Shown: piece after piece, positions 9,001 through 19,393 of the stretch
Layout of the letters: every line of letters begins with the position of its first letter
Numbering within the stretch: position 1 is the stretch's first letter
From: Choristocarpus tenellus KU-1152
Lineage: Eukaryota > Protista > Phaeophyceae
Length of the DNA: 37,413 bases
Direction: 5' to 3'
NCBI GenBank assembly: GCA_964200185.2
Contig: CAXNAD020000039.1
Coordinates: forward strand, 1-37,413
The notes under the pieces: model-generated
The model's database searches: none
Told to the model about the DNA's origin: nothing
The model's input: only the letters and a program-made list of their open reading frames with translations
Program-made: the position numbers and the translations under genes

Positions 9001-11595
9001 CTCAGTAATGTCGCACAGCAATAGTATATTCATTTGATGATGACTCTGGGTTTATTTTGCCATGTTGGTGTGGACAATGTGTGAAATGGTGTCAGGGTAT
9101 TGAGCACTTCATATACCTCCGCACCAAGTATATCATATGCCATACAGTTATACTGTGCCGTTCATATCATCCCCAGTCACCTATCCAAAGTTTTTCCCAC
9201 TTTTGTTTAGTGGAAAAGTGAGTGAAAGTATCTTAGAGGGTACAAGTTTTGCTCTGTTTGTCCATTTGGGGCTTGGCTTCCCATAGGGTTTCTTGTGATA
9301 TTTTCCTACTCCAAAATGCTTAGGAGTAGGTAAAATATATACGTTATGAAAAGGTTTGTCCAGAACATGGATATTGACACTTCCTAACAAACACAATAGC
9401 CAAAATTACATCAAAATCGCTACATTGGATTTTGGGAACCAAATGGACGAGGTTTTACCCTCTAAGATACTTTCGCTCAATGTTTTCTTTCTGTTCTTTC
9501 TGTAAAAGCTCTTCAACACCACCTGCACCTTTCCTAGAGAAAAGAGTTAAGGGTCTTCTATTCTTCGGTCATCTATGCATGCACCAAATCAGAAATTTCA
9601 AGGAAAAGCGTAGCAAAGGAACTCGGAGCATGCATTTGCAGTGCCTAAGTGATGCCCCCCCTCCCCCCACCCTCTACAGTTAGTGCCCGTGCTAGATACA
9701 GATTTTTTTTGGACACAGAACACTGCCATAATTCCTCCCTGCATGGTGTATACTTTATCCTTCCCACCTCTCTACCCTATTTCATATAGAAAACAAAAGT
9801 AACCCTTTTCTCTCTATCCCCCGGTGTCCCTCTTCCTTGTTGGACCAGTCCCTCTCCTCATCCTTTCCACTGCTCCTCCCCCCGAGAGACCAACAATGAC
9901 GCCAGTCGCTACTGATGCCATTACTAACCTATTCCCACAGGCAACACTCCACCTTCGTGAATCTGGCGCTTTGACAAGCATTGCAGATGAGTTTCTCTTT
10001 GAAACATCGTGCCCAGACCAAGATCAGGTGGATGGACTCTCACCAAATATGTCAATACACGACGCTGGAGGTGTGTTTATAATGTTAGGGCTCATCTTTT
10101 TGTTGACAACTATCATTTGGCTTTGTCGAAGGTCTCCTATGGCTAAGGCTCGGCGGCAACGCTCAGAGAAGAACTCCACACTCAGCGTTGCATTTCCTCC
10201 CAGCCGCAGGATCTCCAGCAGTTTTCACAAGGTACTGGCAAATGCTTCATAGTATAGTTTGGTTCATGAGAATGAAAGCAGGGAGAAGGGATATGTTGTA
10301 GAGCTCATGCATCTCCGTATGTAGTATGGACAGCCTTGCAGTTTGATATATGAGAGGGGTGGGTACGATAGGTGTATGGGTGAAGCACATCTCCATGTTA
10401 CGTTTGTTTAATTGTTGAGTGGAAGCAGGAGCCCAGTATCAACCTCTCTCAGGATCAACATGCTTGACGAGAGGTTTCATAGAAGAACAGGTACATGCTA
10501 AAAAGAAGGAATTTATAACTATTATAAAAAAGGTATTTTTTTATAGTTAAATGAAGTCTGGTTTGGGGTGTACCGTGTGGTTATTCCTGATCCCACATCA
10601 ACAATGTCATGTTACAGGTGGCTGCTCCACACTCTGTTGACATACAATGCGATTTGGCAAGATGATACACCTATAATTTACCCAAAGTGTCTGGGGGGGG
10701 GAGGGGGGGGATCTACACCAGGGTGTTCATTTGTGCTATAATCAAGAAAAGTGCAATTACATTATCCATCAGATGTATATAACCATATCACCCAAAAATC
10801 GCGACATAAAAAAGTTGACCCCAAATGGACAGTCGCCACCCCCCCCCCCCCAGATACTTTGACTCATTAGATGGTAGGTTATTATCACCAAACAGGCAGC
10901 AATACTCAGTTACTTCAAGTGATACAAGTCCTGCTTCCGAATTTGTGCTGTGTTGTAGGACTCAAACTTTGTATCCAGGCAAGGCAGTCAATCCAAAGCA
11001 TAGTAATCCCTCCTCCTTTGTGGCCTCACGCTATTTTGAAGTGTGATACAGCAAAATGACTTGTGTCGATATTCAAGAGAGGCACAGGGTACAATGCTAC
11101 AAAAACGAAATTGATTTGAATATATTCTGAACAGCTATGGTGGTTAATCCCCTTCTCTTTCTCACTATGCCATTTCCGACTCCGCCTTGATCTTTTCTAC
11201 CTCCTCAGAGGAGTCTTGATGCGGACCCTGACGATTCTTTGGAAGGGGCAGAGGATAAAAGGGAGGAAGGGCCGACCTTTGTTCGAAAATTGATAAAGAA
11301 GGAGGGCATCCATCAAAGAGTAGGGCGGGGATTGAGCAAGCGCACAAGGGTGGGACCTGTGCCGAGGACCCAGAAGCAGGTAGAGACTGTGCCTCCAGTG
11401 AATGAAACTGGGACTTCTAGCGGCGTGAATGATCCCATCAAAAGACTCAGGGATGCAAATAGCACATTAGGTACCCGTGATGGGGATAGTGGGACAGCAA
11501 CAAGTTTGAAGATTTCTGAGAACCTGGGAGTTGGATGTGATGAAGGCAGGGGGAAGGAGGCGGAGCAAAATAAGGCTTGGGCGGGGGGGGAGTAA
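1..11595 (+). CDS. Ionotropic glutamate receptor-like (iGluR/GLR) ligand-gated channel, 5'-truncated by the window; 11 exons, about 576 aa in view
   Basis: Phase-consistent GT-AG exons: <1-54 (GGEVYPYDRPGIKNKHLQ), 497-592 (ILTNEGAVPFVFV...YDGITMKFIE), 1845-2060 (S1: FDMLASWITITEERSSYVSFTYPFFD), 3281-3442 (pre-M1/M1: AFTPFQVDLWLAIGG...WVFEG), 4609-4788 (pore loop and M3: SLMLGQ...GWLFAVFLLSASFTAELASFLT), 5404-5451, 5826-5910 (S2: VALKQGGNLQTFYERE), 8230-8276, 8473-8637 (TLMDSATAEY...YCQL...HYGLVLPLDSPL), 9941-10231 (LRESGAL...SCP...M4 AGGVFIMLGLIFLL), 11209-11595 (hydrophilic tail, TAA). The S1-M1-P-M3-S2-M4 order, the TITxER motif and the conserved S2 Cys pair match the iGluR family. The small exon 5404-5451 and the choice of last exon are less certain. 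Confidence 0.92.
897..1210. repeat. Tandem duplication, 2 x 157 bp, intronic
   Basis: 897-1053 and 1054-1210 both start ATGGCAGTCCACA and end CTCCCTCAAATGCACACTG, with scattered substitutions. Confidence 0.92.
2320..2339. repeat. (AT)n microsatellite
   Basis: Perfect AT dinucleotide run of about 20 nt. Confidence 0.9.
2873..3000. repeat. Degenerate (TAT/TGT)n low-complexity tract
   Basis: Interrupted tattattattgttgt... runs; these explain the Ile/Val-rich ORF 2838-3056. Confidence 0.7.
4349..4374 (+). mobile_element. Isolated terminal remnant resembling the MITE family A end
   Basis: GAGTCCAAGTAACCAGGGGGGGGGGG resembles the family A TIR GAGTCAAAGTATCTGGGGGGG; no matching right end was found. 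Confidence 0.35.
6353..6555 (+). mobile_element. Possible tRNA-derived SINE relic (intronic)
   Basis: Pol III A-box-like GTAGCTCAGTGGTAG (6363-6377) and a degenerate B-box-like GTGGGCTCAACTC (about 6402-6414) at tRNA-like spacing. No intact cloverleaf; short ATC-type tail near 6546-6556. Confidence 0.4.
6726..6936 (+). mobile_element. LTR-like repeat copy 1 (left arm of an inverted pair)
   Basis: Starts TGTTGAAA; about 210 bp align with the reverse complement of 7398-7605. Confidence 0.6.
7398..7615 (-). mobile_element. LTR-like repeat copy 2 with adjacent polypurine tract (Ty1/copia-like 3' LTR)
   Basis: The minus strand reads ...TTGGGGGAGGG|TGTTGAAACG..., a PPT directly abutting a TGTTG LTR start. 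Homologous to 6726-6936 in inverted orientation. Confidence 0.6.
9220..9478. mobile_element. MITE family B copy 1 (about 259 bp), PIF/Harbinger-like
   Basis: 23-bp TIR GAGTGAAAGTATCTTAGAGGGTA ... TACCCTCTAAGATACTTTCGCTC. The internal sequence matches 15592-16129 and 17138-17381 in the opposite orientation. Flanks AGT/AAT (degenerate 3-bp TSD). Confidence 0.9.
10679..10865. mobile_element. MITE family A copy 1 (187 bp) in the last GLR intron
   Basis: Ends (t)ACCCAAAGTGTCTGGGGGGG ... CCCCCCCAGATACTTTGACTC, TSD ATT/ATT; homologous to 14362-14498 and 37252->37413. Confidence 0.88.
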
Positions 11596-13294
11596 TGATG
11601 GCATGGGGATGTGGATTTCATGATAAGGGACAGAGAAGAACAAAGGGATAGGAATGAGGACCCAAGTGGTGCCCTAGTGGCTGGGTGAATTATAGCAATA
11701 AGGCGAAATCAAGTCAGTCAACAGGCCAAGGCGTGTTAACAGAAGGTGGAAGGGAGATGGCTGAGGTATAGCCTTGAGAGTAGGTCCATGAGTCATCTTG
11801 TATCGTTAACACTATGTTCAGATTGGTTCACTCTTTTTCATTCGTGTGATTGGATGGGCTTAGACACTAGTCACATCTCCCTCAAGGTTGGATCATGGGA
11901 AAAAATCCTGGCAGGATCAAGGTGCTGCTGTTTTGGTGACTGCCCCAGTCCACAGGGGTGTAGACAAGGGCAACCTCATGGAGCAAGCGGGTCGTGTAGA
12001 TGTTTTATTGAGATAGTTGTAAGGAATGGAGTTATATAGGAACAAGTCATGTCCCTCTGCCTCCACTCCCTCCTTGTGTAGATAATTATTTTTTTTCTTG
12101 AACTTGCTTGCAAACTGTTGAACATACTATGTTATCTTTGCTGTGTGCACCCCTGGTTTATACACTTCTGTATGCATTAATTGCTTTTAAACCAACGAAA
12201 GCATGTGTTTTGTGGGACTCAAAAGAACAATGTACTTGTCTCTTTCCATGTCGGAGTGTGAAAGCATCTATTTCACAGGTGTCCAGCACTTCGGCAGCCA
12301 TGCCTTTGTGATCTCTGTCCCATTTACTTATGTTGTGTTTTGTGAGCACTTTTTTAGAACATATTTGCATAGCCACCAACCTGTTCTCCTGGTGAGAGGA
12401 CGCTGGTTGATTGCTTGATCCTATGTAGTAGTAGCCTGCCCTGTCTGTGCTTTTGTGTGCTTATCTGGCAAATTGACGTCATTTCTTCCATAGGTTTCCT
12501 GGTCAACTGTGCTTGAATGGCTTTTGTAAATAGTTGGAAGATCATGTGTCGGTTTCTGGCAGTAGACAATGGTGTGTTGTGTTTATTTTATTATATTGAC
12601 CATGACCATGGGCTGTTTTTGGTGACTATATGATTCCTGAATTTGGGAGGAAGACTGTGGGGGAAATGGGTGGATGAATAGGATACTCCATCGCAGTGTT
12701 GTGTGGTGTGTCTCATTTCATTCATTATGATACATTCATTTTTTGCAGTCGGATGGGAAAACCTGATGCTTGATATTGACTTTTTCTTATAAGCTACAAC
12801 AACGAATGATTATTTTGAATTTTGCATATGATCCTGGAATAATGGAATAGATTTAAAACCCATTATGAGTTGATTAAGCTACATCCATTCTGACAAACAA
12901 ACTTCTAGGAAGATGGATGTTCCGAACAAAGATCTGCAACCCGTGCAGGTGGGAGTGATTGTGTAAAATTTATGGAGATCCAGAGAGGTTTGTTCTGTAT
13001 GAATGTTATTCATGCTGGCCTTCACCGAGAATATGAAGAGTTTTCCAAGAGAAGGGGAAGTACGTGACCCAACTACCCACCAAAATTTTGATAGGTGTAT
13101 GTGTCTGAGTCCATCTGATGTTAATTACATGAGATTACCCTCCTCTCATAGCATATTTACGGGATATTGTGATTTGTTTGGTCTATACACGAAATTATGT
13201 CCAAACGCGCAAGAAGTGGGCTTTTTTCACTTGGCTTGGCTTCAATAGATCTGAAACGAAAATAAGTCAGGGGTTTTCACAACTTGGGAAAAGT

Positions 13295-14279
13295 TTAAAC
13301 ACAAGGTACGTCAAAATTTGTCTTAGTTACGCTGATTAGTGTCTTATTTATGTAGGTAGGTATCAACATCTTTGGAGTCCATGCCAGCGTCAGTTTGAGG
13401 AGTATCACCAGAAGAAATTGAAAAAGAGATGTGGAAGGACTTCCCCCTGCTTCAACCATCGATGTGGAACATGAGGGTAGGAGATGAATCCAACTTCCAC
13501 CACTCATACCATTCTGAAAAAAAAAATGAAGATTCCCCACAAGAATTATGTAAGTAAATGTCACACTGGCCTACTAAGTGAACAAAACTTGTACATACTT
13601 ATGTACATGTGTGTTCATTTTGCACGACGATATAGTTGGAGTTGCAATTGTCACACATGTCCATAGTTTTTACTCTTACTTAAACATAATAGTTGGACAA
13701 ATCTTGATTTCGTACCAACAATGTACGTAATGTGGCTTACTTACCTTTGTAACCCGAACATGCTGGGGGGGGGGGGTTGTACTCACGAATATGTGCACAG
13801 CCTGCGTTGATGTCCTTACTTTCACATTACGGTTAAACCTACATGATTGCCTAACGTCCGAGGAGGGACACACCTTCCCTAGACTCCATGAGAGGTTGTT
13901 CCAGAGAGATCCCAGAGAAGGCCTCTGCGCAGGTGGCACCATGCCAGGAAGTAGGTCCTTGGGTTGCTCCTTGACCTTAGCTCCCCGCAAAGGCTCTCTT
14001 CCCCCCAATTGTTCTTCCTAAGCAACTTGGCACATGCATTCATTTGCTTCGTGCAGTTGCCACATACCCTCCTTCAATTGTCAAAATTGAGTTACAGATG
14101 TTTGTTTACCACCAACTTACCTCTTCCACGAGATTAGCTGGACAGTTGGGGGTGTCGATTTGGCATCTCGCTTCCATAGTGTTATGCGTGGCATGACACA
14201 GGGTGTGTGGCAGTATCGATTTGGCACCTCTCTTGCCACCGCGTGTACTTTTTTGTAATGTTTCAGGAGGTGTAGACAT
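13295..14279 (-). pseudogene. Possible 3-exon orphan gene or decayed spliced TE gene (about 173 aa), no recognisable domain
   Basis: Phase-0 chain 14279-14121 (ATG; donor GAG|GTAAGT), 14017-13874 (acceptor TTGCTTAG; donor AAG|GTGTGT), 13513-13295 (acceptor T-tract-CAG; TAA). No homology recognised. Confidence 0.22.
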
Positions 14280-14361
14280 GGAAAGGGAGTAGTTGCAGGT
14301 GAGGACAAGCTCGAATGCGCTCCATCAGAATGACCCCATTGTGGACATCACACCACGTACA

Positions 14362-14498
14362 GACCCAAAGTATCTGGGAGGGTGGGGGGGGTCTACACGA
14401 GGGTGTCCATTTGGACCAAAATCGGGAAAAGTGCATCGTGATATGAAAAAATTGACCCCAAATGGACAGCCGCCACCCCCTCCGAGATACTTTGAGAC
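14362..14498. mobile_element. MITE family A copy 2 (137 bp, internally deleted)
   Basis: GACCCAAAGTATCTGGGAGGG ... CCCTCCGAGATACTTTGAGAC, TSD ACA/ACA; lacks about 50 bp present in copy 1. Confidence 0.88.
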
Positions 14499-15591
14499 AC
14501 AACAAGTATCAATAGAGTTACGTATTCCCACCAAAAGAGAGTAACTTCTCTCGAATAAGTGAGATCAAGACAGAGTGTCTGGTCAGCCCTCACTTCCTCA
14601 AAATGGTGTTTCTAAAGACACAAATCAAGAGCCAGCATCCAGGCCATGAAACGCTCAGCATCAGTGGCATGGGTGGTTTGAGAGAGGAATTGACCTGCTC
14701 TTCTACTTCTACAACATCCCTCACTGTTGTACAAGTAACCTGCGATGCCGCAGCATCATTGATGTGTTGGCGGCATGCCATAACCTCACCATTTTTTTTA
14801 CTGTATAGCTATGAAAAGGTTGAAACAGTGAAATCACAACAGCAGAGTTCTCACCAAAGATACTTGAAACTGGTAAGGTTGCAAGGTGCAAAAGTGAGAA
14901 GCAGACCATGAGCAGTCCCCGATACATCATTGGCTCACCCAATCTAATCGCACTATCGTCACACCCATACTAACGAAAAACATATCTGTCACTCCCTCAG
15001 GAAGGCTGAAGACCAACTCTCAACAACAAAGCTATTATATAATCACTTGATTGAAGTGTAAATGGTGAAAACGTCTCAAAAAACTTCAAGGGATACGCGG
15101 TTTTGGAGCACATAGCTGATGACACTTGATTAACATACACACGAGTAGAGGGCACTTAGCTGGTGAAAGAGCGGAACTCTTGATCCGTTTTGTTGAAGTT
15201 AAACTTACAACAGTGTGCGATATAGTGTTATTTACCACTGCAGTAATGAGTAAGTAGGTTCTGCTAGTAAAAGGCAAATTTTCGAACCTTTTTGGATGTT
15301 GTTCGAGACATCGAAAGGGACATGGAATAATCGAGAACAATGATACACGAATTGAAACTTTCACACTAATTTCCAAAAAATCATTATTTTAGCCAAATAT
15401 GTTGCGCTTTACTTTGCTCACTAATTGTGGGCTATTATTAACTATTCTTTGTTTGCATTCCACCTATTCTACCCCCTCATTGTAACACCACTTGTGACCA
15501 ACCAGTGCGGTCCCTCTGCCACTGACTTCCGCCCACCAGCCTATATTGTGACCAACTAGTACAAACCCCGTTCACCATTGATTTCCAGTCA

Positions 15592-16129
15592 GAGTCAAAG
15601 TATCTTAGAGGGTAGAGCTATTCGATTAGACTCTTCCAACTCTATCGAACAGTTACGGTAAAATATGTATGGAGTGAAGGAACAATCAATTAGTGATTGA
15701 GTTATCAGAACCTTTTACTAGTGATTAGTTGTATGAGAAATTTTTTGTAAAATTATATAAAAGGAAATATTTCTGATTTTATGAGGTGCTGCATGCCCCA
15801 CTTAACTTTAATCAATCACTCTACAGACACCAAGCAATCTAGCTGGGTTTATCACCCTTATCCTCTTTGATGATTTTGGAGATACTTTAACAAGAGCCGC
15901 GTCCATTTGGGGACCAAAGCCCAATGTTGCGATTTTGATGTAAACTTGGCTATAGTGTTTGTTAGGAAGTGGCAATATCCTTGTTCTGGGCACACCTTTC
16001 TATAATGTATACATCTAACCTACTCCAAAACATTTCAGAGTAGGAAAATGTCATAAAACACTCCGTGGGAAGCCAAGCCCCAAACGGACGAACAGGGTAA
16101 AACTCGTACCCTCTAAGATACTTTCACTC
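15592..16129. mobile_element. MITE family B copy 2, carrying a nested 274-bp insertion
   Basis: TIRs GAGTCAAAGTATCTTAGAGGGTA ... TACCCTCTAAGATACTTTCACTC, TSD TCA/TCA; collinear with 17138-17381 once 15619-15897 is removed. Confidence 0.9.
15619..15892. mobile_element. Probable solo LTR nested in the MITE
   Basis: 274-bp AT-rich insert, TATT...AACA (TG...CA-like ends), flanked by a perfect 5-bp duplication AGAGC (15614-15618 and 15893-15897). Absent from the other family B copies. Confidence 0.72.
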
Positions 16130-16189
16130 TCACCAACCACATTCCGATGACCAACCAGTGTGACCGCCTCGCCACTTATTTCCAGTCAC

Positions 16190-16400
16190 CACCACTTTCC
16201 ACACCACCACACCATTCAACCCCACAACACTTCCCACCACTTTCTGCTTCACTGCACTATTCAACCCCACTCAACCCCACTTTCCACCCCACCCCACCAT
16301 TCAACACCACTTAACCCCATGACGTTTTCCACCACCTTCCCCTCCATAACACCATTCAACACCACTCCACAATCATACCAGAACACACCTTCATCATCCA
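16190..16400. repeat. C/A-rich low-complexity tract (CCACCATTCAAC-like units)
   Basis: Repeated CCATTCAAC/CACCAC motifs; these explain the His/Pro/Thr-rich ORF 16160-16639. Confidence 0.7.
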
Positions 16401-17137
16401 CTTCATACTGTGCCTTCGAACTAGAAAGACATCTACCCTGCCTGAACTTGACTTCCCCCCCCCTGTTCCCCAGCATCCTAGTTGGTCGTGAGCTATCGAA
16501 AGGGTCGGTCGGTGTGAAAAATTACTCTGAGGTTGCCTTGTTCTACCCCCGGTTGTCCTGTCCCACCAACCTCGAGTTTTCCATATATTCTGATCTATCC
16601 CTTCCTACCTCTTCTGCCTCCTACCCACCCAGTACTTAACTCTTCGTCCACCTTCTCATTATTTTCTTTTTGCCCTAATCGTCCCTGTGTTCCCCACGCA
16701 TCATTCCTTCCAGAATTCTCCCACCTGCAAAACTCAGATTACTCAACAAACTTCCCCTTTTGGGGGGTTCAAACAACAAAAATCTCCTCAGATTTACCTC
16801 AATTTTTATTGTGTCAACAACAATGTCCCAATAAACTCCCAACAAAGAGACGGTAAGCGCCAATATTTAAACATATTGGTGTGTCATACTCTTCCTGGAA
16901 CATCGGTGAAGTGTGGCAGAGTACATAAACAAAGAAAAAACTTCTTTTTCATAGTTTTTTAGGGTGAGGATTTTGCTTGAATTGCGAAAATCTCATTTTT
17001 ATCTCAAACTTACGGGGCTTATTTAGCTTCTGTACTTCCCCCCCACTTCACCAATGTTCCAGGAGGAGGATGAACTATTTCTGTATCTTCTTTGAGGGCC
17101 TACTGTGATATTATTGTCATCACAAAATTTGAGGTAA

Positions 17138-17381
17138 GAGTCAAAGTATCTTAGAGGGTAGAGACGCGTCTATTTGGGGGTCAACATACAATGTTGCGAT
17201 TTTGATGTAATTTCAGCTATGGTGTTTGTTAGGAAGCGTCAATATCCTTGTTACGGACACACCTTTTCATAATGTACACATTTCGGAGTAGGTACAATAT
17301 CATAAAATACCTGTGGGAAGCCAAGCCCCAAATGGACAAACAAGGCACAACTCGTACCCTCTAAGATACTTTCTTTCACTA
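17138..17381. mobile_element. MITE family B copy 3 (about 244 bp)
   Basis: GAGTCAAAGTATCTTAGAGGGTA ... TACCCTCTAAGATACTTTC(TTTC)ACTA, TSD TAA/TAA. The empty site is mirrored by the inverted paralog at about 16779-16825. Confidence 0.9.
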
Positions 17382-18389
17382 TAAAACTGAGGAGATTTTC
17401 ACATTTTGAGGTCGTAGAATGTCGTAAAAACATAAAACTGAAGAGATTTTGTTGCGAAATTCGACATTTCGGATTTTCATCCATTCCTCTTTTCACTGTT
17501 GTCAACTGTTTCAGGTACCTTATGGCATCTCCAACGACATGCTGGAGGTTTGAAAGCAACAAAAGTGTTTTCGGTGCCTTGCCCTCTTCCTGTGCAGATG
17601 ACCCCCAGACAAGTGTATGTTAATAATCGTAGTAATAATAATATCTATCACCTTGATGCAAGGTAATGGGCGACTTAACAGGTGGTGAGTACATCAGTCT
17701 CTCAGTAAGAACGTCTCTTCCTGGCACACACCCTTCCACAACAATCAAGTTAGAGTGGTAGGTACTAAATATGAAACGTTGTCCAGTGTGTAGAGCATCT
17801 GACCAAGGGTCAGGATAGCATGTCCAGAATATGCTTGTAGCTCTTGTGTGAAAAATTGTGTAGGAAACACTCAGTTGATAAAAAAGAGAAAGGAAGAGTT
17901 CTCAGATAGAATTGGTGGCAAGATAGCCCCTGTCTCTGTTGAAGAGATTCACTCCTCTTTTCTACACCATCCTTTCCAATCTAGTTAGTAAAAAATAAAT
18001 TATATACACAAGTCTTGGGAAACAACAGCTTAGTTAGGCATAGTCCCTAGGCTAAATAGTGAATAAAATCAAACAAAAATATTGACTAAAATCCCTTTCG
18101 CCTATGGAATTATAGCCACAACCACACAAGGGTCAACAAGACATCAGAGCTCATCGACCAGTTGAGCACACTATGTTTCTTCCCACCAGCATGCGATTTG
18201 TGATTACGACCAAATCATGTAGCCTTTCTTACTCTGGTTGACCAAATGCATGCAAGACCCTTTCGCTTGAGTACACTGAACTTGTTGACAGGGACGAGTC
18301 TATCAATCTCGGCAAGTAAAACAGGTTCTCACTCTTGCAATTAAAAAAAATCATGGTCATACCTCTTAAGTACCCTCCTGTCGCGACCC

Positions 18390-18870
18390 CCCCCCTCTCT
18401 CGCCACTCCTTCCAATGGGGGTGTTTCGTGCCTATGAGGAGGGATATTTGGCATTGTCTGGAGTCTGCTCAACTAACGGTGTATAGGTCCTTCCAGAATG
18501 CTTCCTTCCCTGACCCTGGGCCTTCCTCTCTTGAGGCACATCCAGCAACCAAGCAGCGACCAAACCCGCACCATCCACACGCTGAAGTGATGTGTTTCAT
18601 GGGCGGCCTGTTTTAGGATTTACTCCCTCACTGCCAGCCCCACTCCACGAGTACCTCACGTCTTCACCTCCATTGAAAAAGACCACATGTAGTTCGGCTC
18701 ACAAAAATTAATAGTGGATTTTCCACCTCGCTTTGTCTCTTGAAGTCCAATCAATCGCATCCACCAGGCGAAGCCCATTTCATTAGTACCGCTACCTGTC
18801 TCACCCCGTTGTTGACAGTTACTGCCCTACTTCGTATATTCCAAGTAACCACTGTCACTTCTCGGCTCCT
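18390..18870 (-). mobile_element. Decayed non-LTR retrotransposon (RTE-like LINE) apurinic-type endonuclease domain
   Basis: Minus-strand translation across frameshifts and stops: VTVVTWNIRS...NNGVRQ...GCD/IGLQETKRGGKST...GTRGVGLAVRE...GKEAFWKDL...ISLLIG. These match the EEP/APE motifs TxNxR, DxxGLQET, GVGLAV and KxxFWxxL of RTE-clade ORFs. No RT domain is visible. Confidence 0.8.
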
Positions 18871-19393
18871 AATTTCTGATACCCTAAGTCCGCTCCACGA
18901 GGTGCAAGGCTATCGTTCCTCTCCATTGGTCAATCCAAGGTGCTTGCCACAGTCCTCGTATTCCAACCTACATGGCCAAGCAGTTCTGCCTATTCTTTTT
19001 TCAAAGTAAATCAATAGATATGCCACTGTTCTTCCTCGCGCACGCGCGGGAATTTGTCCGTTCCTCTAGCTCGCGAGGTTGTTCACCGAAACACACAAAC
19101 ATTTCATGGTAACCCTTTTCTACTACTCTTTCTACTCTTTCTACTGGTGTATATTTCCAATTTACAGGCAACAGCTTTTACCTTAAAAGGTATCCATCGC
19201 ATATCGGGCTGTTGGCCGCCCTCACCTGTACACCTGTATATTGGTTGGATCTCATAGCCCTAAAAACTGGGGGCTGGTAGGAGCATCGACGCAACGGAAA
19301 AAGGTAGAAGCACCCTCTAGAAGGGGCACAAAACTGACCACTACTGTATATTGGTGTCATTGGTGGAGGTCCCACTTGAGTCTTTTTGGAGCC

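Larger units (their letters stand above)
15494..16200. repeat. About 54-bp minisatellite, 3 diverged units, unit 2 interrupted by a MITE
   Basis: Units start (G/A)TGACCAAC(C/T)AGT at 15494, 15548 and 16147; units 2 and 3 share ATTTCCAGTCA. Confidence 0.7.

Noticed and set aside
11313-11621. Minus-strand ORF that looked like a retroviral protease relic
   Set aside because: No D[ST]G motif; it is the antisense shadow of the GLR terminal exon 11209-11595.
15494-16200. CRISPR-like repeat-spacer array (also considered for 35445-35660)
   Set aside because: Units are diverged along their whole length, there are no unique spacers or cas genes, and the context is eukaryotic.
16160-16639. 159-aa His/Pro/Thr-rich ORF
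   Set aside because: Product of a C/A low-complexity tract; no ATG start or splice support.
9220-17381. Sola or CACTA assignment for the MITEs
   Set aside because: Sola makes 4-bp TSDs, whereas two empty-site comparisons here show 3 bp; CACTA elements start with CACT, not GAG/GAC.
17516-17615. Isolated exon-like segment (TTTCAG|...|GTATGT)
   Set aside because: No partner exons or recognisable peptide; it lies in TE-like sequence.
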